In this document: positions 17,872 to 25,516 of the stretch, in pieces
Numbering within the stretch: position 1 is the stretch's first letter
Layout of the letters: each line of letters starts with the position of its first letter
Source of the DNA: Candidatus Caenarcanum sp.
Lineage (GTDB): Bacteria; Cyanobacteriota; Vampirovibrionia; Gastranaerophilales; UBA9971
Assembly (NCBI GenBank): GCA_020720345.1
Contig: DYOT01000001.1
Coordinates: 1-31,391, forward strand
Direction of reading: 5' to 3'
Length of the DNA: 31,391 bases
Notes under the pieces: generated by a model
Databases searched by the model: none
Seen by the model: the letters and a program-made list of their open reading frames with translations, nothing else
Told to the model about the DNA's origin: nothing
Position numbers and translations under genes: made by a program

Positions 17872-19380
17872 ATGAATTTATTGTTTGATATAGCCAATGT
17901 ACTGCTTCCCGAGGCTTTTTTGTCAATTTTAATCATTCTATGCATAATACTTACATTTGTTTTAAAGGAAGAAAACCAGAATTTAGTTTTTGCAGCGGCT
18001 TTAACAGGACTTATTCTAACTTTGTTCTCTTTCATATTTATACCTTTTTCGCAGGAAAATCAGGCACTTTACGGAAATTTTGTTTCAAATTCGTTTACTA
18101 TTATATTTAGAATCCTTATTCTAATCGGAACAATACTAACAGTAATGCTTTCCAGAAGATATACAAGTAATTTTAGCAACAGTATAGGGGAATTTTATAC
18201 ATTAATTCTCATTGCAACGCTTGGTGGAATGCTTTTAACAGGTGCAAATGATCTTATTATGCTTTTTGTTGCAATTGAAACCTTGAGTATTTCAAGCTTT
18301 GCGCTTTGCGGCTACACAAAACTTGATAAATTAAGCAATGAAGCCGCGTTAAAATACCTTATAATAGGTGCTGCCTCGACTGCTGTGATGCTTTACGGGT
18401 TTTCGTTTTTATATGGAATAACGGGGCAAACGAATATAGCTGATATAATAAAAGTTTTGCCTAATTATCAACCAAGTATAGTACTAATACTAAGTTTTCT
18501 GTTTATTCTTGCTGGTTTTGGCTACAAACTTTCTGCTGTGCCTTTTCATGTTTGGGCACCAGACGTTTATCAGGGAGCTCCAATTCCCGTTGCAGCCTAT
18601 TTGTCTGTTGTTTCAAAAATTGCAGGATTTGCGGCATTAACAAGATTCATGACTTTAATTTACAGCGATATTTCCATCTTCACTGTTGCAATTGCAGTAA
18701 TTGCGGTATTAACAATGACAGTAGGAAACCTTATGGCGCTTGGTCAAAAAAACATAAGACGACTGATGGCATACAGTTCAATTGCACAGGCGGGATATGT
18801 TTTATTAGGTCTGTCAGTCTTAACTATAGAAGGTGTTTCCGGTATAATATTTTATTTAATAGCATATTTATTTATGAATTTCGGTACATGGGCAGCTATT
18901 CAAATCTTTGCAACAGAAACCGGAATGGATTCTATAGACGACTATAATGGACTCGCCTACAAAAATAAATATTTTTCTCTTTGTCTTGCGATTTGCCTGC
19001 TCTCTCTGGCAGGAATTCCCTTTACGTCGGGATTTTTTGCAAAGTTTTATTTATTCAAAGCGATTGCTTTTGCAGGACTTAATTATATGCCTCTATTAAT
19101 AATTGCCCTTGTTAACACTGTTTTGGGGGTATTTTACTATGTAAAAGTAATAAGGGCAATGTACGTAAGAACAAACAATGGAACTGCGAAACAAAACGGC
19201 AAATTAAAAATTTCCTTATCTTTACAAAGTGTACTTGTCGTAACCGTTCTGACAACATTATTAATCGGGGTTTTTGCAGGTTCATTTATTGATATTTCAA
19301 AATTTGCGGCAAAAAGCATAACAATCAATAAAAAATCCCCTGTTGAAAGCTTTTCCGATATTTCATCGTTTATAAGATAA
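17872..19380 (+). CDS. ndhB: NDH antiporter-like subunit NdhB/NuoN
   Basis: EAALKY, GYKLSAVPFHVWAPDVYQGAP, RLMAYSSIAQAGY, LSLAGIPFTSGFFAK. Confidence 0.97.
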   Translation: MNLLFDIANVLLPEAFLSILIILCIILTFVLKEENQNLVFAAALTGLILTLFSFIFIPFSQENQALYGNFVSNSFTIIFRILILIGTILTVMLSRRYTSNFSNSIGEFYTLILIATLGGMLLTGANDLIMLFVAIETLSISSFALCGYTKLDKLSNEAALKYLIIGAASTAVMLYGFSFLYGITGQTNIADIIKVLPNYQPSIVLILSFLFILAGFGYKLSAVPFHVWAPDVYQGAPIPVAAYLSVVSKIAGFAALTRFMTLIYSDISIFTVAIAVIAVLTMTVGNLMALGQKNIRRLMAYSSIAQAGYVLLGLSVLTIEGVSGIIFYLIAYLFMNFGTWAAIQIFATETGMDSIDDYNGLAYKNKYFSLCLAICLLSLAGIPFTSGFFAKFYLFKAIAFAGLNYMPLLIIALVNTVLGVFYYVKVIRAMYVRTNNGTAKQNGKLKISLSLQSVLVVTVLTTLLIGVFAGSFIDISKFAAKSITINKKSPVESFSDISSFIR

Positions 19381-19471
19381 GTTATCTGTATAAAAAAAAA
19401 TTAAAAATGGACAAATAGGTTTATTCGTTGTCTAATTTTAATATCTAAAATTAGCCGAGGAGGATAAAGCA

Positions 19472-20575
19472 ATTAAAGTTTCATTTCCACATATGGGTAC
19501 CATATATATAGTAATAGCCTCATTGATACGCTCTCTTGGAGGGGAAGTAATAATTCCTCCCAAAACAAGCAAGAAAACCCTTTCTCTAGGTACAAAATAC
19601 AGCCCTGAAGCAATATGTTTACCTTACAAGCTGCTTCTCGGCAATTACATAGAAGCCATCGAACACGGAGCAGAAGCAGTAATAATGATTAACAGCCCCG
19701 GAATTTGCAGGCTTGGCGAATACAGCAAAACAATCAAAAACGCTCTTGACGACCTGGGTTACAAGATAAAATATATTGACCTTGACATTTACAAAGGTAA
19801 ATTCGTAGAAATGTTGGGCTGCTTAAAAACAGTAACAGGAAATTCCAATCTTTTTGTTCTTGCACAAGGTTTAGGACTTGCCTTTAACAAAATTTTTGTG
19901 ATTGATAATCTGGACGGAGTCCTATCATACTACAGGGCAAGGGAATATGAATTTGGAGAAGCTGAAAGAGCTTACAATACAGCTTTAAAATGGATAGATG
20001 AAGCTTCTACAGGAAAAGAACTCAAAGAAGCAAACTTGCTCGCCATTCAGGAAATTAAAAAAACACCAATAAATGATGAAAAAGACGTTTTAAAAGTTGA
20101 CCTTACCGGTGAAATTTTTATGGTACTTGACCCTTTTTCAAATCAGGGTCTTGAAAAAGAACTAGGCAGACTCGGAGTTGAAACAAAGAGAAGCATGAGC
20201 CTTAGCGGCTGGTTAAAAACAGCGATAATTCCGGGATTTATGAGAAAAGAAGAAACTCATCTTGAAAGAGCCTATAAATATGCAAAGCCCTATCTTTTAA
20301 GAGATATAGGCGGAGATGCCATAGAATCCGTGAGCGATGTTGCTTATGCGACAAGCAAGGGAGTTGACGGAATCATACACTTGAGCCCGTTTACCTGCAT
20401 GCCGGAAATTATATCCCAAAATATTTTCCCGAAGATGAGAGAAGATGGATCAATCCCCATTCTTGCCCTTGTACTCGATGAACAGACAGGAAAAGCCGGC
20501 TTTGTAACAAGACTTGAAGCATTTGTAGACCTTATGAGAAGAAGAAAATACCAGCAAGCCGCAGGTTTGGCATAG
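19472..20575 (+). CDS. 2-hydroxyacyl-CoA dehydratase / CoA-protein-activase family FeS protein; probable ATT start at 19472 (first ATG at 19493)
   Basis: (I)KVSFPHMG N-terminus, YSPEAICLPYK, GICRLGEY, LTGEIFM, DGIIHLSPFTCMPE, DEQTGKAGFVTRLEAFVDL. Strong SD GAGGAGG at 19457-19463. Confidence 0.85.
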   Translation: MKVSFPHMGTIYIVIASLIRSLGGEVIIPPKTSKKTLSLGTKYSPEAICLPYKLLLGNYIEAIEHGAEAVIMINSPGICRLGEYSKTIKNALDDLGYKIKYIDLDIYKGKFVEMLGCLKTVTGNSNLFVLAQGLGLAFNKIFVIDNLDGVLSYYRAREYEFGEAERAYNTALKWIDEASTGKELKEANLLAIQEIKKTPINDEKDVLKVDLTGEIFMVLDPFSNQGLEKELGRLGVETKRSMSLSGWLKTAIIPGFMRKEETHLERAYKYAKPYLLRDIGGDAIESVSDVAYATSKGVDGIIHLSPFTCMPEIISQNIFPKMREDGSIPILALVLDEQTGKAGFVTRLEAFVDLMRRRKYQQAAGLA

Positions 20576-20583
20576 AATCTTAA

Positions 20584-21510
20584 ATGGAATTTATACATAA
20601 AACTGTACTTTTGAATGAAGCTGTAGAAGGCTTGTTTTGTAGCGCAGGCAAGCTTTATGTTGATGCAACAGCAGGAGGAGGCGGGCATTCCTACGAAATC
20701 GCAAAACGAATCGGGGAGCAAAGCAGTCTTCTGGCATTTGACGTTGATGAAGACGCAATCAAAGCTGCTTCTGAAAAGCTAAAAGATTTCACTAATACAA
20801 AAATTATTAACGCAAGCTATACGCAAATACCGGAAATTTTAAAACAGGAAGGCATAGAAAAAATTACCGGAGGCATTTTATTTGATCTTGGTGCTTCTTT
20901 TCACCAGCTTACTTCTGCGGAAAGAGGATTCAGCTTTACAAAAGACGCATTTCTTGATATGCGATTTAACAAAGAGCAAGATTTAACGGCATTCAAAGTA
21001 ATTAATAAATTTTCAGAAACCGAACTTGCAAATATTTTTTATAAATACGGAGAGGAAAAATTTTCGCGTCGAATTGCAAAAAAAATTGTCGAAAAAAGAA
21101 AAGAAAAGCCTGTTAAAACAACAACTGAGCTTGCCGATATAATAAAATCAATAGTCCCTTTTCAAAAAAAAGGAATTAATCCTGCAACAAGAGTGTTTCA
21201 GGCACTAAGAATCTTTGTAAACAAAGAACTTGAGAATATTGAAACAACACTGCAACAAATTATTCCTTTATTGGACAAAGGTGCTAGAATAGTTGTAATA
21301 AGTTTTCACTCGCTGGAAGACAGACTTGTAAAAAACATTTTCAGAGAATACAGCCTTGACTGTAAATGTCCTAAAGAACAGTTAATTTGTTCATGTAGGC
21401 CGGGGCTGCTAAAAATCATCACCAAAAAGCCTGTGGTAGCTTCTTCAGAAGAGTTGAAAGACAATCCTTCAGCAAGGAGCGCGAAAATGCGCATAGCTGA
21501 GAAAAGATAA
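20584..21510 (+). CDS. rsmH: 16S rRNA m4C1402 methyltransferase RsmH (MraW)
   Basis: HKTVLLNE, VDATAGGGGHS, FDLGAS, DMRF, PATRVFQALRIFVN, ISFHSLEDRLVK, NPSARSAKMR. Confidence 0.97.
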   Translation: MEFIHKTVLLNEAVEGLFCSAGKLYVDATAGGGGHSYEIAKRIGEQSSLLAFDVDEDAIKAASEKLKDFTNTKIINASYTQIPEILKQEGIEKITGGILFDLGASFHQLTSAERGFSFTKDAFLDMRFNKEQDLTAFKVINKFSETELANIFYKYGEEKFSRRIAKKIVEKRKEKPVKTTTELADIIKSIVPFQKKGINPATRVFQALRIFVNKELENIETTLQQIIPLLDKGARIVVISFHSLEDRLVKNIFREYSLDCKCPKEQLICSCRPGLLKIITKKPVVASSEELKDNPSARSAKMRIAEKR

Positions 21511-21576
21511 TCAACTTAAATTTGTTTTCGGTATTTTTTGCTAACTCAACGATTCATATTAATAAAGGAAAAGACA

Positions 21577-22011
21577 ATGGGAGCCGTAAATATTTTCGGA
21601 CAAAGACCAAGGAAATCGGGTTTAAGTAAAAGATCCGTTATAAAAGGCGATTTTTCCTCCTATAAAATAAATCATAAAGAATTAAGAATATTTAAATTAA
21701 ATAAATTTATGTCTTTTTGCCTGTTAATTTTTGTAGTTCTTTCGATGGCAAGCTATATTATTGTCATTTCAAAAGAAGCCGTTATAAAAGATATTCATAC
21801 AAAAACAACCGGTCTGTTTTATGAGAACATCGACCTTCAAAATAAAGTAGACAACCTTAAATCCTTTTATACAATAGATAATCAGGTTTCAAAAGTTAAT
21901 TTCCTGCAAAAGGCTGACAAAATTATTGAAGTAAATAACGTGAAAAAACCTGCTAAAATTAAACATATATTCAATAAAAATAATACAAAGCAAGTTCCTG
22001 CAGGGTTTTAA
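21577..22011 (+). CDS. ftsL: FtsL-like cell division protein
   Basis: Lies between rsmH and ftsI. Basic N-terminus, one TM helix (FMSFCLLIFVVLSMASYIIVI), then a coiled-coil-like segment. ATG 21577 with AAAGGA upstream is preferred over TTG 21538. Confidence 0.75.
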   Translation: MGAVNIFGQRPRKSGLSKRSVIKGDFSSYKINHKELRIFKLNKFMSFCLLIFVVLSMASYIIVISKEAVIKDIHTKTTGLFYENIDLQNKVDNLKSFYTIDNQVSKVNFLQKADKIIEVNNVKKPAKIKHIFNKNNTKQVPAGF

Positions 22012-22013
22012 AA

Positions 22014-23783
22014 ATGAAATATTTATTTCAGTTAAAATCTCAAAAATATAACAAATGGTCGATTATAATACAGTGTATTCTTTTTTCTTTTGCTCTGATA
22101 ATAATAGGCAGGCTTTTTTGGCTTCAAATAGTTGAAGGACGTGAATTAAAACAAAAAGCAAGCGAAAGTAGGCAATCCGAGAGAGATTTTAGTTTTCGTG
22201 GAGAAATACTTGACAGAAACGGCATAAAGTTAGCCGGAGATAACACTCTCTATGATATTTACGCTCACCCCCAGTATTATAATAAAAAAATAAGCATTGA
22301 TTTAATAGCATCAATTCTTTCACCGTCTTTACGGTTATCAAAAAGTGCCTTAAAAGAAAAATTAAGCCGTTTTAACGATTCAACAATTTCCATAGCAAAA
22401 AATGTGAAGATGGATATCGTTGAAAAAATTATTAAACCTCAAATAAGCAAAAATCAAATAAGAGGACTTGATTTCGTAAAAAAAAGTAAACGAGTTTATC
22501 CTCAGGGAAATCTGGCGTCTCACATTCTGGGCTACATAAATTCAGAAGCAAACTTATCCGCCGGAGTAGAAAAAACAGGACAAACAAATCTTGAAACCAC
22601 ACCTGAAATGAAACCCATTGAATATGACGGCAGAGGAAATATTATATATGACCTGAGCACAAACCCGCAGATTGTAACAACTCCTTTAAAGGGTTCAAAA
22701 TTGTGCTTGACGATTGATTCAATGATTCAGCACACGGCAGAGACCGAACTAGCAAAAATGATATCCAAAACAAGAGCAGATAAAGGCGCTGCAATTATTT
22801 TAACCCCTAAAAACGGTGAAATATTAGGATTTGCAGTATATCCCAGCTATAATCCAAACAAATACAATAAATTTAATGCTTCAATAGTCAAAAATTGGGC
22901 TTTAAGTGATGTTTACCCACCCGGTTCAACTTTTAAAATTATTACAATAGCTTCTGCGCTTGAAACAGGCGCAATTACCAAAGACGAAAGAATTCTGGAC
23001 ACAGGAAAAATTAAAATACAGGGATGGAATATACAGAATTATGATTATTCAAAACATCCTTATCCGGGAATGATTAATTTAAAAAACCTTTTTGTACACA
23101 GCAGTAATATCGGAAGCCTTAAAGTCTCTCTTAAAATCCCCAGTGAAAAGCATTATAAGATGCTCAGACTTTTTGGAATAGGTCAAAAAACCGGAATTGA
23201 CCTCCCCGGAGAATCTGCAGGAATTATTCACCCTGCCAGGACATGGAATGAATCCACACACGCTTCTATAGGTTACGGATACGGTATAGCCACCACTCCA
23301 ATCCAGATCGCATCAGCGGTAGCAGCCATTGCCAATAAAGGAGTCTGGGTAACCCCGCATGTTATAAAACCCCAAACCGAAGAGGAACAAGAACAAAGAA
23401 TAAAATCCAGAGTTGTATTATCAGAAAAAACCGCTTCTGATTTAACAGAATTACTTGCGGAAAGCATCGAGGCAAGCGAGGCAAAATCGGGAAAAATTCC
23501 AAAATACAGAGTTGCCGGAAAAACAGGAACTTCAAAAAAGCCTAATACCGTAGGGAAAGGTTATTCAAGCGGAATTTACACATCTTTTGTAGGATATTTC
23601 CCTGTAAAAGACCCACAAGTTCTTATAATGGTTGTAATTGATAGCCCCAAAACAGACAATTCGTGGGGGAGCACTGTAGCAGGACCTGTATTTAATAATA
23701 TAGCAACTGAAGTCGGAAGAATCCTTAATATTAAACCTGAAAAACAAGATACTGAAAACAATTTAACTGCTAAAACGGAGTAA
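22014..23783 (+). CDS. ftsI: Class B penicillin-binding protein (FtsI/PBP3-like)
   Basis: N-terminal TM, RGEILDRNG, R.YPQG, and transpeptidase motifs PGSTFK (SxxK), SSN (SxN), GKTGT (KTG). Confidence 0.92.
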   Translation: MKYLFQLKSQKYNKWSIIIQCILFSFALIIIGRLFWLQIVEGRELKQKASESRQSERDFSFRGEILDRNGIKLAGDNTLYDIYAHPQYYNKKISIDLIASILSPSLRLSKSALKEKLSRFNDSTISIAKNVKMDIVEKIIKPQISKNQIRGLDFVKKSKRVYPQGNLASHILGYINSEANLSAGVEKTGQTNLETTPEMKPIEYDGRGNIIYDLSTNPQIVTTPLKGSKLCLTIDSMIQHTAETELAKMISKTRADKGAAIILTPKNGEILGFAVYPSYNPNKYNKFNASIVKNWALSDVYPPGSTFKIITIASALETGAITKDERILDTGKIKIQGWNIQNYDYSKHPYPGMINLKNLFVHSSNIGSLKVSLKIPSEKHYKMLRLFGIGQKTGIDLPGESAGIIHPARTWNESTHASIGYGYGIATTPIQIASAVAAIANKGVWVTPHVIKPQTEEEQEQRIKSRVVLSEKTASDLTELLAESIEASEAKSGKIPKYRVAGKTGTSKKPNTVGKGYSSGIYTSFVGYFPVKDPQVLIMVVIDSPKTDNSWGSTVAGPVFNNIATEVGRILNIKPEKQDTENNLTAKTE

Positions 23784-23789
23784 ATCGCT

Positions 23790-25418
23790 GTGTCTATAAC
23801 ATTACAACAGATTATTGAATCCTTTTCGTCTTGTGATTCCAAAATAAATTCGGAATCTATCCAGTTTACGGAATCTCACATAAAACCCAAAGATGGACAG
23901 ACCCTGAATCATCTTGGTTACTCGCCTTTAACGGCATTTCAGGGAAGCAAAGCTCCCCTTGCAGCCTCAGCTCGTAATCCGCAAGTTCAGGGTGACATTT
24001 TGATTACAGGAATTTCTTTTGATTCCAGAAAAACAGAACAGGGAAACATCTTTATTTGCATAAAAGGAGAACATTCCGACGGTCATGAATACGTGGAACA
24101 GGCTGTTAACAATGGAGCTGTCGCAATAATAACTGAAAAAGAACTGCCGATAAATTCGATTCCTGTGCTTGAAGTAAAAGATACAACCCTTGCACTCGCT
24201 CATGTTTCAGCGTTATTTTACGGTTTTCCGTCAAAAAATATAAATTTAATCGGGGTTACCGGCACAAACGGAAAAACAACTGTAACACACCTGCTAGAAA
24301 ATATATTTGAAAAAGCCGGGATTGCTTGCGGACTTATTGGAACGCTTGGCTACAGATATTCATCGTCTGAAAATTATGTTTCATGCGGACATACAACGCC
24401 ACAGGCAAATGATTTACAAAAAACATTAAAGAGTTTCCTCGATAAAGACATAAAAAACGCGGTAATGGAAGTAAGCTCACATTCTCTGGCGCAGCATAGA
24501 ACCGCTGAATGCAAGTTCAGGGGTGCAGTTTTGACAAATTTAACCCAGGATCATCTGGATTATCATATTACAATGGAAAATTACCTCCAATCCAAGAGCA
24601 AATTGTTCAGCTCTCTGGAAAACAGCTCCAACAGCTATGCTGTTATCAATAAAGACGATAATTACGCAGAGCGTTTTATGGAAATAATACCCGAAAACGT
24701 AAAAACTTTGACTTACGGAATAAAGAATAAAGCCGATATAATGGCTGAAAATATTGAATTTTCAGTATCAGGCTCAAAATTCACCTGCATAACCCCGACA
24801 GGGACGCAGGAAGTTAATCTTCAGATGACAGGCATGTTTAGTATTTATAATGCCCTTGCAGCTATAGGAGCAGGACTGGCTGAAGGAATAGACTTAAATA
24901 TATGCATAGAAGCCCTTGAATCAACCCCTTCTGTGTCAGGAAGATTTGAAGTAATTGCCAGAAAACCTCTTATAATAGTTGATTATGCTCACACTCCAGA
25001 CGGACTGGAAAATGTCCTTAATGCCGCTAGAGAAGTTACCCCTGTCGGCGGAAAATTAATATGTGTTTTCGGCTGCGGAGGAGACAGAGATGCGACAAAA
25101 CGCCCTAAAATGGGAAGAATAGCAGAAAATTTATGCGATAAAGTTATAATAACTTCAGACAACCCACGCTCCGAAGATCCGCAACAAATAATTACAGATA
25201 TTTTAACCGGTATAAAGTCTTTAAGTTCAAATAAAATAACAGTGGAAGCCGATAGAAAAGCTGCTATAGAAACTTCTATAAGGATTTCAAGTAAAACCGA
25301 CGTTATTGTTATTGCAGGCAAAGGACATGAAGATTACCAGATTTTGAATAACGAAACAATTCATTTTGATGACAGAGAAGAAGCAAGAAACGCCTTGCAG
25401 AAAATTTTGTTAATATAA
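23790..25418 (+). CDS. murE: UDP-MurNAc-dipeptide:meso-DAP ligase MurE with a ~55-aa repeat-derived N-terminal insertion
   Basis: GTG start. ITGISFDSRK, VTGTNGKTT, HTTP, MEVSSH, TNLTQDHLDYH, VDYAHTPD, GCGGDRD, DNPR (meso-DAP specificity motif), AGKGHE. Confidence 0.97.
   Translation: MSITLQQIIESFSSCDSKINSESIQFTESHIKPKDGQTLNHLGYSPLTAFQGSKAPLAASARNPQVQGDILITGISFDSRKTEQGNIFICIKGEHSDGHEYVEQAVNNGAVAIITEKELPINSIPVLEVKDTTLALAHVSALFYGFPSKNINLIGVTGTNGKTTVTHLLENIFEKAGIACGLIGTLGYRYSSSENYVSCGHTTPQANDLQKTLKSFLDKDIKNAVMEVSSHSLAQHRTAECKFRGAVLTNLTQDHLDYHITMENYLQSKSKLFSSLENSSNSYAVINKDDNYAERFMEIIPENVKTLTYGIKNKADIMAENIEFSVSGSKFTCITPTGTQEVNLQMTGMFSIYNALAAIGAGLAEGIDLNICIEALESTPSVSGRFEVIARKPLIIVDYAHTPDGLENVLNAAREVTPVGGKLICVFGCGGDRDATKRPKMGRIAENLCDKVIITSDNPRSEDPQQIITDILTGIKSLSSNKITVEADRKAAIETSIRISSKTDVIVIAGKGHEDYQILNNETIHFDDREEARNALQKILLI
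23832..23997. repeat. Palindromic element, family A, in-frame in murE, right arm interrupted by a nested element
   Basis: Left arm TGTGATTCCAAAATAAATTCGGAATCT (23832-23858). Right arm AGACCCTGAATCA[...]AGTTCAGGGTGACA (23899-23997). Translates as CDSKINSES...TLN[24 aa]QVQGD. Confidence 0.85.
23912..23983. repeat. 72-nt nested insert (different palindromic element) in the loop of the murE family-A arm
   Basis: Removing 23912-23983 restores a canonical 27-nt arm AGACCCTGAATCAAGTTCAGGGTGACA. The insert is bounded by CA on both sides and has an internal hairpin AGGGAAGC-AAA-GCTCCCCT. Encodes HLGYSPLTAFQGSKAPLAASARNP. Confidence 0.75.
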
Positions 25419-25516
25419 ATTTACTTAATATTCGTTAATATTACTGCTTTACAACAGCAACTTTATTTTTAAAATGTTTTATATATAGTATAAGCTATAT
25501 TAATGGTAAGAGTTAG

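Noticed and set aside
21355-21400. Cys cluster CKC...CSC in RsmH
   Set aside because: A similar CxC...CxC loop is common in RsmH of many bacteria, so it is not unusual.
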